From: an uncultured archaeon
Lineage (GTDB): Archaea; Thermoplasmatota; Penumbrarchaeia; JASLWR01
Direction: 5' to 3'
Length of the DNA stretch: 64,000 nucleotides
Assembly (NCBI GenBank): GCA_964430885.1
Contig: CAYSHM010000011.1
Coordinates: forward strand, 1-64,000
Shown: positions 1 to 8,642 of the stretch, piece by piece
Position numbering within the stretch: position 1 is the stretch's first letter
Layout of the letters: each line of letters starts with the position of its first letter
Notes under the pieces: model-generated
The model's input: only the letters and a program-made list of their open reading frames with translations
What the model was told of the DNA's origin: nothing
Databases searched by the model: none
Program-made: the position numbers and the translations under genes

Positions 1-117
1 AAGAAGGACAAGAAGGCTAAGGCCAAGCCGAAGAAAGATAAGAAGGACAAGAAGGCTAAGGCCAAGCCGAAGAAAGATAAGAAGGACAAGAAGGGTAAGG
101 CCAAGCCGAAGAAAGAA
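1..117 (+). repeat. 39-bp coding tandem repeat (three copies, 13-aa unit KKDKKAKAKPKKD)
   Basis: aagaaggacaagaaggctaaggccaagccgaagaaagat at 1 and 40; near-identical copy at 79. Confidence 0.9.
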
Positions 118-168
118 AAGAAGGACAAGAAGGGCAAGAAGGGCAAGGACAAACCCAAGAAGGACTAA
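1..168 (+). CDS. 3' end of a protein with a Lys-rich, histone-H1-like repetitive C-terminal tail (partial; starts before window)
   Basis: Frame 1 is open from base 1 to TAA 166-168 and reads KKDKKAKAKPKKDKKDKKAKAKPKKDKKDKKGKAKPKKEKKDKKGKKGKDKPKKD*. Confidence 0.75.
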   Translation, partial: KKDKKAKAKPKKDKKDKKAKAKPKKDKKDKKGKAKPKKEKKDKKGKKGKDKPKKD

Positions 169-246
169 AATGATAAATCAAAATAATTTCTAAAATCAGT
201 AATCAGTAATTCTAGTAGAATAATAATAGTTAATAGGTGTATTAAA

Positions 247-1371
247 TTGAATAATGAATCGCATTTGGAAGATAGTCATTATATGGATGAATTGGATGAT
301 TCTACTGCTTACTTTTTGATGGCAGATAAATCTCTTAGAGGTTTAAAGGAAGAATTGGATATAATTATGGGTGAAGATCAGGCTGGAGAGTTATTTTATC
401 GGATGGGTTTTAGAGCTGGAGAGGAGGCTGTAAAGGATAATGTTGTAGATACTGATGACTTCGATTCAATCGAGAAATTAAAAAGAGAACTGCCCGAACA
501 TTGGATCCATATTGGGCTTTCCAGTATAGAAGTGCTGGATGGGGATGTGACCAATTTCAATGTAGCACTATCCGACTCCTTGGAAGCCAAAGCAATGAGG
601 TCCCTTCCAGATTCTGGCTGTAATTTCACTAGAGGATTCCTAGAAGGTGTTGTAAGTACACTTTTCAGCAGTAAATATGCAGCAGAGGAAATTAAATGTG
701 TGCAAACTGGTGAATCCCAATGTATTTTTAACCTCAAGCTTGATGAGGACCCATTGCTCCCAATACATGAGGACATAAGTTCATCCAATCAGAAATTCAA
801 GCTCAAACAGGGAGTATCATATATGATAGATAGTGCGACTATCGATGATGCACTGGAAGTATTTACCGATCAGGTTACCCACGGATTTGAGGGTATCATA
901 ATTACACGAATGTATCCTACAACACTCAAAAATGAATACGGTCTTAAAAAAACACCGGTTCTTTGGCTTTCAAAAGAGCATCAGGGCGATGTTCCTATCC
1001 TCCAGCCAGGTCAATTGGGTTTGCTTCATCATAAAATTGATCAGTTCTTTAAGAAGAGCAGTAAGGGAGTGGTGTTATTGGATGGGCTCGAATATCTAGT
1101 CACCCAGAACAGTTTTTATTCGGTCCTTAAGGTTGTTCAGTTAATTAGAGACAAGGTTTCCAGATATCAGAGAAACCTGATTGTTCCTCTGAGCCCTCAA
1201 GCTTTTGACCAAAAGGATTTTTCATTAATTGCCCGGGAGTTGGTGCCTTACAATATCAAAAAAAGAAAGCAATCAATAGAGGCTGAAAAGGAAACCAAAA
1301 TGGATACGTCAGATGATAAATCAACCCCGGCCAAAAATCGTTTTTCGAAGCTGATTAGAAAATCGATATAG
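247..1371 (+). CDS. V4R-domain / DUF835 (inactivated KaiC-like ATPase) fusion, putative signalling protein
   Basis: N-half has V4R features (LFYRMGFRAG, CNFTRGFLEG, EIKCVQTGESQCIF); C-half has DUF835 features (IITRMYP, PVLWLS, VVLLDGLEYLVTQNSF); SD AGGTG before TTG. Confidence 0.8.
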   Translation: MNNESHLEDSHYMDELDDSTAYFLMADKSLRGLKEELDIIMGEDQAGELFYRMGFRAGEEAVKDNVVDTDDFDSIEKLKRELPEHWIHIGLSSIEVLDGDVTNFNVALSDSLEAKAMRSLPDSGCNFTRGFLEGVVSTLFSSKYAAEEIKCVQTGESQCIFNLKLDEDPLLPIHEDISSSNQKFKLKQGVSYMIDSATIDDALEVFTDQVTHGFEGIIITRMYPTTLKNEYGLKKTPVLWLSKEHQGDVPILQPGQLGLLHHKIDQFFKKSSKGVVLLDGLEYLVTQNSFYSVLKVVQLIRDKVSRYQRNLIVPLSPQAFDQKDFSLIARELVPYNIKKRKQSIEAEKETKMDTSDDKSTPAKNRFSKLIRKSI

Positions 1372-1495
1372 TTATCCCATTCAGGCGCCAAACTGGCCTT
1401 TTTATATTTATATAGGGGTTAACATTAAATTTGAAAAGGACCTTTCAGCAGATATCAATTGGAAAAAATCACGTATACCTTGAAGAGGAAAAAGT

Positions 1496-2044
1496 ATGGA
1501 ACAGAGGTCCATTAAGAGGAAGGTATGTCTACTTGGAAATCCCGCAGTAGGGAAGACAAGCCTTATCAGAAAATACATTTTCGATAGTTTCTCAGATAAA
1601 TACATCTCCACTGTGGGCACTAAAGTTTCAAAGAAGGATATTGAGATTGAAATTAAAAAGATCGACCTGAAGCTAACATTGACCATGATGGTCTGGGATA
1701 TCTTGGGTCAATCAGGATATCGTTCTCTCCATTCCATGTTCTATAAAGGTGCATCTGGAGCCTTGATAGTCTGTGATCTGACACGAAGGGAGACCTATGA
1801 CAGCTTGAAGATATGGGGAGATTCCTTAACGGAGGTAACAGGCGAGATACCTATTGTATTCCTTGGAAATAAGAAGGACATGTCTGATAAGTATGATTTT
1901 GACCCCCAATCCCTGAAATCAATTTCAAATAATTACAAAACCTTTAGTTTTTTAACATCGGCTAAATCAGGATTGAATGTTGAGAATGCCTTCAGCCGGT
2001 TGGCCCAAATGATAGTAAGGGAATACCTTAGAGATCACCTTTAA
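1496..2044 (+). CDS. Rab-like (Ras superfamily) small GTPase
   Basis: G1 GNPAVGKT, G2 YISTVG, G3 WDILGQ, Rab-like YRSLHSMFYKGA and CDLT, G4 NKKD, G5 TSAK; no C-terminal Cys motif. Confidence 0.93.
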   Translation: MEQRSIKRKVCLLGNPAVGKTSLIRKYIFDSFSDKYISTVGTKVSKKDIEIEIKKIDLKLTLTMMVWDILGQSGYRSLHSMFYKGASGALIVCDLTRRETYDSLKIWGDSLTEVTGEIPIVFLGNKKDMSDKYDFDPQSLKSISNNYKTFSFLTSAKSGLNVENAFSRLAQMIVREYLRDHL

Positions 2045-2238
2045 ACCACGATATTATTATAAATATTGTGTTTTTTCATTCAGCCAATAAATGCTTTTTA
2101 TTAATTATGGTTGAATTGCACAGCTCTGTTATTCGAATATTTATTTATAGAAATGGATAATAGTGTACCAATGAATGTTAAATAATAGAGCAGATGAATT
2201 TATGGATTGATGGGATTCATTTTATTTGAGTTGATAAA

Positions 2239-3429
2239 ATGCAGATAGGAATAGTCGGAAAACCTAATGTGGGTAAATCCACCTTTTTCAATGCCGCTAC
2301 ATTGGCCAAAGTAGAAATGGCGAATTATCCCTTCACTACAATTGATGCAAATATAGGTATGGCATATGCAAGATCGCCTTGTCCTCATAATGAATTGGGA
2401 ACGGATTGTGACCCTAATAATTCCAAGTGTATAAACGCTACTCGATTTATACCAATTAAATTAATTGACGTGGCCGGACTGGTCCCTGATGCTCATGCAG
2501 GCAAAGGGTTGGGTAATAAATTTCTTGATGACATTAGGACAGCTGATGCTTTGATACACATAATAGATGCATCAGGTTCAACCGATATGGAAGGCAATCC
2601 AGTGCCTGTCGGAAGTCATAATCCTCTAGATGATGTTCGTTTTCTCGAGAATGAGATAGATTGCTGGTTCAAAGGGATATTATCAAAGAATTGGAGGACC
2701 GTTTCCAAAAGAGCCAATCTTCAGAAGAAGAAAGTGGCGGAGCTTATATATGATATACTTACCGGATTGGGAATAACTCGGGAAGATATTCTATCAGCTT
2801 TGCAGAAGGTCAAACTTACCAGCAACCCTGAAAAATGGAACGATGCAGATCTTCTCGTACTTGCCAGAGAACTTCGCAGGACCAGCAAACCAATGATCAT
2901 CGCAGCTAATAAATGTGATGTAGCCCCGAAGGAAAACCTAGAAAGTCTCAATGAGCTGGAAGATTATATTGTTATCCCCACCATGGCTGAGGTGGAGTTA
3001 GCACTCAACAATGCGCGTCAAGCTGGGATTCTTATTTATCATCGTGGATCTGGAGATTTCGAAGTAAAGGAATCAGCACCTCTTACACCAAAACAGAAAC
3101 AAGGTCTGGAGACCATAAGAAAATATCTAAATGAATATGGTTCTACCGGGGTGCAGAGTTCCCTGGAAGCTGCCATTTATGATCTTTTGGAGTTGATCCC
3201 AGTATATCCTGTTGAAGATCATACTAAATATATCGATCATGACGGAAGGGTGCTCCCAGATGTTCATCTGCTTAAAAAAGGTTCAACTCCTTTGGATCTG
3301 GCTTACAAGGTCCATACCGATCTAGGTGATAATTTTATAAGAGCTATAGATGCACGATCTAAAAGAACACTTGGTAAGGACCATATCCTTGAGAAAAATG
3401 ATGTGATTAGTATAATGGCTAACAAGTGA
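2239..3429 (+). CDS. ychF: Obg-family ribosome-binding GTPase/ATPase YchF (archaeal type) with TGS domain
   Basis: GKPNVGKST, NYPFTTI, DVAGLVP, GLGNKFLDD, NKCD; C-terminal TGS (DLAYKVHTDLG). Confidence 0.93.
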   Translation: MQIGIVGKPNVGKSTFFNAATLAKVEMANYPFTTIDANIGMAYARSPCPHNELGTDCDPNNSKCINATRFIPIKLIDVAGLVPDAHAGKGLGNKFLDDIRTADALIHIIDASGSTDMEGNPVPVGSHNPLDDVRFLENEIDCWFKGILSKNWRTVSKRANLQKKKVAELIYDILTGLGITREDILSALQKVKLTSNPEKWNDADLLVLARELRRTSKPMIIAANKCDVAPKENLESLNELEDYIVIPTMAEVELALNNARQAGILIYHRGSGDFEVKESAPLTPKQKQGLETIRKYLNEYGSTGVQSSLEAAIYDLLELIPVYPVEDHTKYIDHDGRVLPDVHLLKKGSTPLDLAYKVHTDLGDNFIRAIDARSKRTLGKDHILEKNDVISIMANK

Positions 3430-3451
3430 ATGGGATCGAAAAACCAATAGT

Positions 3452-3469
3452 AAAAAGAGAAAAAAAGGG
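3452..3469 (-). terminator. Putative U-rich archaeal terminator downstream of tfb
   Basis: Plus-strand aaaaagagaaaaaaaggg gives oligo-U on the minus strand about 40 nt after the tfb stop. Confidence 0.35.
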
Positions 3470-3509
3470 AGCAATCAATTTTGGAGTGCCCCCTTGTAAA
3501 AGCATAGAT

Positions 3510-4442
3510 TTAAATCTCAATATCTATACTCAATTTTTCGGTGAGTTCCTTGTACCTGTTTCTAATGGTAACTTCGGTCACACCTGCGACTTCCGCTACT
3601 TCTCTTTGAGTTCTTCTCTCGTTGCATTTGATGGACGAGACATAAATCGCCGCAGCAGCTACACCGGTGGGACCTCTTCCCGACGTGAGCTCTTTCTTTT
3701 CAGCTTCTTTCAATATATTTATAGCTTGGGCATGGACCTTTCCGCTCAATTCCAGCTCGGAGCAGAATCTAGATACATAGTCCTGTGGTGATGTCGGCAG
3801 CAGTTTCAACCCAATCTCCCTGGTCATAAATCGGTAGGTTCTTCCAATTTCCTTCCGGCCCACCCTTGAGGTCTCAGCCACTTCATCCAAGGTTCGGGGT
3901 ACTTTGCACTTTCTGCAGGCGGCATATAGAGAGGCTGCGACAACACCTTCTATGGATCTCCCTCGTATGAGGTTCTTGTCCACCGCTTTCCTGTAGATCA
4001 TGGCCGCGTTTTCTCTGACGCTTTTAGGCAGATCCATGCTTCCGGCCATCCTATCTAGTTCACTGAGGGCAAAAGCAAGGTTTCTCTCGGTTGCATCAGA
4101 TACTCGGATTCTTCTCTGCCATTTTCTCAGGCGGTATAGTTGAGCCCTGTTTTTGGTCGGAATGGTTTTCCCATAGGAGTCCCTGTTTTTCCAACCGATC
4201 TGGGTTGACAAACCCTTGTCATGTTTAGAGTAGGTAATGGGAGCACCGGTTCTAGCTCTCTTTTTTGCCTGCTCAGCGTTGAATGCCCTCCACTCAGGAC
4301 CCTGGTCTATATAGGTGCTTTCCAGAACGAGTCCGCATACCTCGCAGATCAGTTCACCACGCTCGTAATCCCTGGATAAATGTTCACTTCCGCATTCCGG
4401 GCATTCGGTTATTTGCTCAACTTCAAATTTTTCTTTTCTCAT
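3510..4442 (-). CDS. tfb: Transcription initiation factor IIB (TFB)
   Basis: Zn ribbon CPECG...[15 protein letters not shown]-reader, cyclin repeats ([26 protein letters not shown]); ATG 4442 with SD GGAGGG preferred over track start 4493. Confidence 0.97.
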   Translation of the reverse strand: MRKEKFEVEQITECPECGSEHLSRDYERGELICEVCGLVLESTYIDQGPEWRAFNAEQAKKRARTGAPITYSKHDKGLSTQIGWKNRDSYGKTIPTKNRAQLYRLRKWQRRIRVSDATERNLAFALSELDRMAGSMDLPKSVRENAAMIYRKAVDKNLIRGRSIEGVVAASLYAACRKCKVPRTLDEVAETSRVGRKEIGRTYRFMTREIGLKLLPTSPQDYVSRFCSELELSGKVHAQAINILKEAEKKELTSGRGPTGVAAAAIYVSSIKCNERRTQREVAEVAGVTEVTIRNRYKELTEKLSIDIEI

Positions 4443-4505
4443 TATTAATCCCTCCTTTTTTGGGTGTTTGAGATATTGTTCCTGTATTGGCACTGGATTA
4501 GGGGC

Positions 4506-4736
4506 TCAATTCAAGAAATAGTTCCTTTTTGCTCCCATCAATAGATTCTTTTTCACCAGAGGTTCGGCTTTTATGTAGGGTGACTTCACAGAGCCGAATA
4601 TCTTTACAATTTTAGCGACCCTGTCCTTTCTATTGTTGTATATGTATCGAACTCTGTGCACTTTATCAATACCATCTGCACAGCGGCCTATTAAGAATCC
4701 GTCAGGAGTCATATTCAATAGGTCAATTCTGATCAT
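4506..4736 (-). CDS. gar1: H/ACA RNP protein Gar1/Naf1-like
   Basis: VAKIVKIFGSVKSPY resembles the Gar1 core motif; lies directly upstream of tfb as is usual in archaea; SD GGGGTGA. Confidence 0.75.
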   Translation of the reverse strand: MIRIDLLNMTPDGFLIGRCADGIDKVHRVRYIYNNRKDRVAKIVKIFGSVKSPYIKAEPLVKKNLLMGAKRNYFLN

Positions 4737-4985
4737 TTTAAGTTTTTCACCCCTGGATATGATGTGTTTTCCATCTATATTTATATATACCAGTGCAAAT
4801 ATAATTACGTGTACACCAACATTTATATATGTTATTAATGGTATATAAAAGGGCCCATCATTTTTATATATAATAATTTTAACTGGATTTAAACATATGC
4901 CAGAAATCCAAATGGGTGCGAAATAAGCTGTGCCGTATTACACATCTCCAGAAGTCCAAGATATAAAAAAGAGAGGTTATACAGT

Positions 4986-6077
4986 TCAAATAGAAAATTC
5001 AAGGCTTCCTTCCAGATTTAATTTTTGCCGGAGTATCGTAAGCATTTCCTGTTCATCATTATCGATCACTCCGTCCTCAAGACATTTTTCCAATGCTTTC
5101 AGATATATCTTGAGGTTCCTCCTCCTCTGTTTTTTCACCTCATCTTCAAGCTCTTCATGCTGTTCAGATGTGATTCCAAGTTCTGATTTGAGGTAATCCA
5201 ATTTTTCAATCTCATCACTGGTTATAACACCATCTGCCCATACTTCCGCCAGTATTTCCTTGTAGGCTTTGAGGCTATTTTCATGGCTTTCTTCATCCCA
5301 TTCTGCAACATAATTCTCGGGAATTCCCTCTTCAATTTCGTCTTTACTACTAATAGCTTTAGTTGTCACTTTTGGCATCTTATACTCCAGTCCGAGATCG
5401 CTGGCGGCATTTGCTGTCATAATGGCTTGCTTTGCCATCTTAACGGACTCGAGAGCGGTGTTTACAGCTTCGATGTACTCTTCACGTTCAAAAGGCTCCC
5501 TTGCCTTGACAAAACGATCGATTGCGGTTTCTATGTCAACATTATATTCCTTGAGTTTCCGCAACCTTTTCTTTGAGAGTACCAGTATATCAACAGTGAA
5601 TTTGTAAAGAATGGATTTTGCTTCCTTTATAGCATACGTAGAGAATTCTTTTGCTCTGCTGAAATCCTGTCTCTGGTGGGCATAAAGCGCCTGAAGGTAG
5701 AAGTTTTCGGCCTTTCTTGCATCCCCCTTGACCCATCTGACCTTGTTGATAAGATCCTTAGCTTCCGTGAGGGCTTTGCTTATCTCAACAATATTGGTAT
5801 CTGCCTTGGGAGCAGTCTTAGGTCGATGTTCCTTTTGGTTTATAAGTTTTAGATCATATTCTTTTCTCCTATCTGAATCAAGAAGTACTTCCTTTGCAGC
5901 GTTTATTTTCTGCATCTCCTCGGTGGCGACCTTCTGGAGACGAGGCCCCAGGTTAGCAACCTTATCGGGATGATACATAATGACCATATTCTTGTAAGCT
6001 TTCTTTAATTCCGACATGGTTGAATCCATCTGGATACCCAAAACATCATAATAATTCTCATTTTCCATGGATAACAC
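4986..6077 (-). CDS. J-domain (DnaJ-like) protein with helical middle region and C-terminal TerB-like DGxI repeats
   Basis: NYYDVLGI...LKKAYK...YHPDK J-domain; C-terminal WADGVITSDE and LEDGVIDNDE; likely ATG at 6068 after AGGTG. Confidence 0.8.
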   Translation of the reverse strand: MLSMENENYYDVLGIQMDSTMSELKKAYKNMVIMYHPDKVANLGPRLQKVATEEMQKINAAKEVLLDSDRRKEYDLKLINQKEHRPKTAPKADTNIVEISKALTEAKDLINKVRWVKGDARKAENFYLQALYAHQRQDFSRAKEFSTYAIKEAKSILYKFTVDILVLSKKRLRKLKEYNVDIETAIDRFVKAREPFEREEYIEAVNTALESVKMAKQAIMTANAASDLGLEYKMPKVTTKAISSKDEIEEGIPENYVAEWDEESHENSLKAYKEILAEVWADGVITSDEIEKLDYLKSELGITSEQHEELEDEVKKQRRRNLKIYLKALEKCLEDGVIDNDEQEMLTILRQKLNLEGSLEFSI

Positions 6078-6132
6078 CTAAGTATTGGTATATATGGAGT
6101 TCCGAAGTTACTCCAATTTGAAATGTGGTTTT

Positions 6133-6203
6133 ACCAAGCGTTATCAGAACTCATAGGGTTCATCACAGTTCAGCGATTCTATTCTCATCATATAACGCTT
6201 GGT
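6133..6203 (-). ncRNA. Box C/D guide sRNA, predicted guide for Cm34 of elongator pre-tRNA-Met (sR-tMet-like)
   Basis: Minus strand reads ACCAAGCGTTAT-ATGATGA(C)-GAATAGAATCG-CTGA(D')-ACT-GTGATGA(C')-ACCCTATGAGTT-CTGA(D)-TAACGCTTGGT; four consensus boxes and an 11-12 bp terminal stem. Confidence 0.9.
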
Positions 6204-6406
6204 GGATTAGAAATCCTTTTTCCCTATTTAGTTCAGTATGATTATTCAAATATTTAATTATTTAGGGAATCAATTCTTCAAGATTTTTAATATTGCTTAT
6301 TGTAATAGTTTTTTGAAAAAAGAAACTACTAAAAAATTAAGCGGGGATTAATGAACTTAAAATGGAAATTGTAATGGGTGCACTGATTTCCTGAAATCCT
6401 AACATT

Positions 6407-6428
6407 TCCTTCAGAAATTCCTGAAGGA
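6407..6428. other. 8-bp perfect hairpin just downstream of tsr3 (possible terminator or processing signal)
   Basis: tccttcag-aaattc-ctgaagga. Confidence 0.3.
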
Positions 6429-6458
6429 GTAAGACCATCTACCCCCATATCTTAGATT

Positions 6459-6980
6459 TCAAACATAGTCATCCTGAATGCGGATGATGTCGGTGCTATC
6501 CTCAGCCTTGGAGTATCTCTCAAGGGGTTCCTGGTTCAATGAAATGAAATTTTCGCCCCATGCCGTGATCCCCAAAATGTCCTGGGCTTTTTCCTTGTAA
6601 CCAAGTATATAGAGAGCAGCGGAAAAGGCTTCCAGAGTGGATAATTTAAAAGGTTTCCCCCAATTAATGGGATTAGAAGCCAAAAGAAAGGGAAGGGACC
6701 TGCACTCGTACCTGCTGTAGATCATTTTTTTAGAAAAAATCTGTTCTGCTCTCTCCCATGAACAATCTATAGCCCCAATTCCCTTCTTTTTCCCGAAAAT
6801 AATGTCCTTTGGGGAGATGGATCGCTGAGCATAGGGAGTTAGAAGTATGGTCCTAGGGGGAAAGCGGTATATGTTCTCAATAGGCTGAGCCAAATTCAAG
6901 GAAAGCATTTTTATTGCAGAACATTTTTTGGGATCATCTTCCCTATAATTTAATATCCACAACTTGATAGAAGGATCCAA
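6459..6980 (-). CDS. tsr3: 16S rRNA aminocarboxypropyltransferase Tsr3 (DUF367)
   Basis: DDPKKCSA, IDCSW, RSLPFLLASNPINWGKPFKLSTLEA, WGENFISLN; SD GGGTGA before TTG. Confidence 0.93.
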   Translation of the reverse strand: MDPSIKLWILNYREDDPKKCSAIKMLSLNLAQPIENIYRFPPRTILLTPYAQRSISPKDIIFGKKKGIGAIDCSWERAEQIFSKKMIYSRYECRSLPFLLASNPINWGKPFKLSTLEAFSAALYILGYKEKAQDILGITAWGENFISLNQEPLERYSKAEDSTDIIRIQDDYV

Positions 6981-6991
6981 TTATTCACCCT

Positions 6992-7633
6992 TTATTGATG
7001 TTGATTCAGAGATTCAAATACCTTCTGCATTTTGTTTTTCAGTTCCTCTAAACTTCCCTTGTTTATGATCATATAGTCTGCTGTAGCTATAACATCGCCT
7101 AAACCATAACCCAATTCTCTGCTGTCCCGTTCCTTGAGGGCCGTTAAGCCGCTTTTGTCATCATCTCTTCCACGTGATAGCAATCGGGAGTATCTTAGGT
7201 CTGGAGCTGTATGAACCGCAATTGTAAGAGTATTCAAGTTCAAATCAGTCTTAATTAATTTCAGTTCAGATAATGATCTTACACCGTCCACGACAATGCC
7301 CTTTTTCCCTTGATCATTGGATATTTTATTAATCTCTTCTACAAGTCTTATGGCCAATATGTCCTGTCCGAGTTCTTTCCTAAGATCGTTTGCAGTCTTT
7401 CCAACATTCTCAGCGCTTGTGGGGATGCCTCTACTTTTTACTTCATTTCTAACAATATCACCAAGGCTTTTAACAGTAAATCCCCTATCCTTCAGGAATG
7501 TGATGCATTCACCTTTGCCAGATCCGGGCATTCCAGTAACAAATATTAACACCATATATATCGGCCCCATTGCCCCTTCATCAATTATCTGAAAAGTATT
7601 TCTATTATTAGGATGAAGGCGCTTGGATCTCAC
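6992..7633 (-). CDS. Nucleoside-monophosphate-kinase-fold protein (archaeal dephospho-CoA kinase-like, COG0237)
   Basis: GMPGSGKG P-loop, SLGDIVR, VVDGVRS, RGRDDD, RDSRELGYG; probable real start ATG 7555. Confidence 0.85.
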   Translation of the reverse strand: MRSKRLHPNNRNTFQIIDEGAMGPIYMVLIFVTGMPGSGKGECITFLKDRGFTVKSLGDIVRNEVKSRGIPTSAENVGKTANDLRKELGQDILAIRLVEEINKISNDQGKKGIVVDGVRSLSELKLIKTDLNLNTLTIAVHTAPDLRYSRLLSRGRDDDKSGLTALKERDSRELGYGLGDVIATADYMIINKGSLEELKNKMQKVFESLNQHQ

Positions 7634-8313
7634 TTCTGTGCGTCCCTTTCCTTGGATATGGCGAAAACCCTCTCAGTAGCATCTTCAGGCTCCATATCCC
7701 TTTTCTGGATGATACGATTGATTATATCGTGTTTACCATAGCCCTGTTCCAGTAACTTGGTTATGAGTTCCTTAATCCCTTTTTCAAGATCAGTCTCATC
7801 GCAGCAGACATTTTCAAGACCTCCCATTTTATCAAGGAGCCATTTTGTTCCATATATGAGGGCCTGAAGAGCATCATTGAACTCTCTCTTGCTCAGGGAT
7901 TCCTGATTTATCTCCGTTCGGAGTGCCAAGGTGTTCTTTACCCCTGCCAGATAGTATTTAACGAAAAGATCCTTGTTGTTCCTTATCAAGAGATCCCGAA
8001 AAATATCCCTCTGCTCTTTAAGGGTCATTGTTTTGGTGGCCATATTAGTAAAAACGGTTATCTGAATGACATCGTTCATGATATAAAGTCCAACCTCAAA
8101 TGGGAGATTATTGTTGGAAACAATAAAAGCATGAGAATTTCCCTGAATATTTTTAAACTCCCATTTGTCATCAATGATCATTTCACTATTTTCATCCACT
8201 TCTTGGAACCACTTCTTGATCTTCTCTATGTTTTCAGTTTCCTCAGGCTTCAGTTCATCCAAGGGATCACCCGCGAATCTTGTGGTAATGAAGGAAATAA
8301 GCTGAGCACCCAC
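7630..8313 (-). CDS. Hypothetical protein, YbjN-like (T3SS-chaperone-fold) domain plus helical C-terminus
   Basis: 227-aa ORF in tight operon spacing; pattern IFRDLLIRNNK...KYYLAG...LALRTE...LSKREFNDAL resembles the YbjN family. Confidence 0.5.
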   Translation of the reverse strand: MGAQLISFITTRFAGDPLDELKPEETENIEKIKKWFQEVDENSEMIIDDKWEFKNIQGNSHAFIVSNNNLPFEVGLYIMNDVIQITVFTNMATKTMTLKEQRDIFRDLLIRNNKDLFVKYYLAGVKNTLALRTEINQESLSKREFNDALQALIYGTKWLLDKMGGLENVCCDETDLEKGIKELITKLLEQGYGKHDIINRIIQKRDMEPEDATERVFAISKERDAQK

Positions 8314-8642
8314 TATCTATTCATACTTTAATAATATTATGGTAGCTATTTAATCAACAATGATTTTTCTACTCAGGTTGCAGAAGATGTATTCTCAATT
8401 TTTAAAAATTCTAACTTTCGCATCCACTTCAGATGCTGTATTGATATATATTATAATTCAATAACTGGTAAACCTATATTATTTATAGGAAAGAGAATAA
8501 TCACTTGCATAAATCCAAATGGTGGTTTAATATTGGTTAACTGATTTAACTGATTCTACATTATTCCCGCCAGTCCATAGGTATTGGTGGGGGTTAGATC
8601 AGAATGTCATTCAGTAAGTAATTTAGTCAAGAGGTGATATGT

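Noticed and set aside
1-168. Regular repeats as a possible CRISPR array
   Set aside because: Units are contiguous without unique spacers, are a multiple of 3, and encode an in-frame Lys-rich peptide.
4780-4875. Several TTTATATA-like boxes upstream of gar1-tfb as a special repeat element
   Set aside because: Indistinguishable from ordinary TATA boxes in AT-rich DNA without TSS data.
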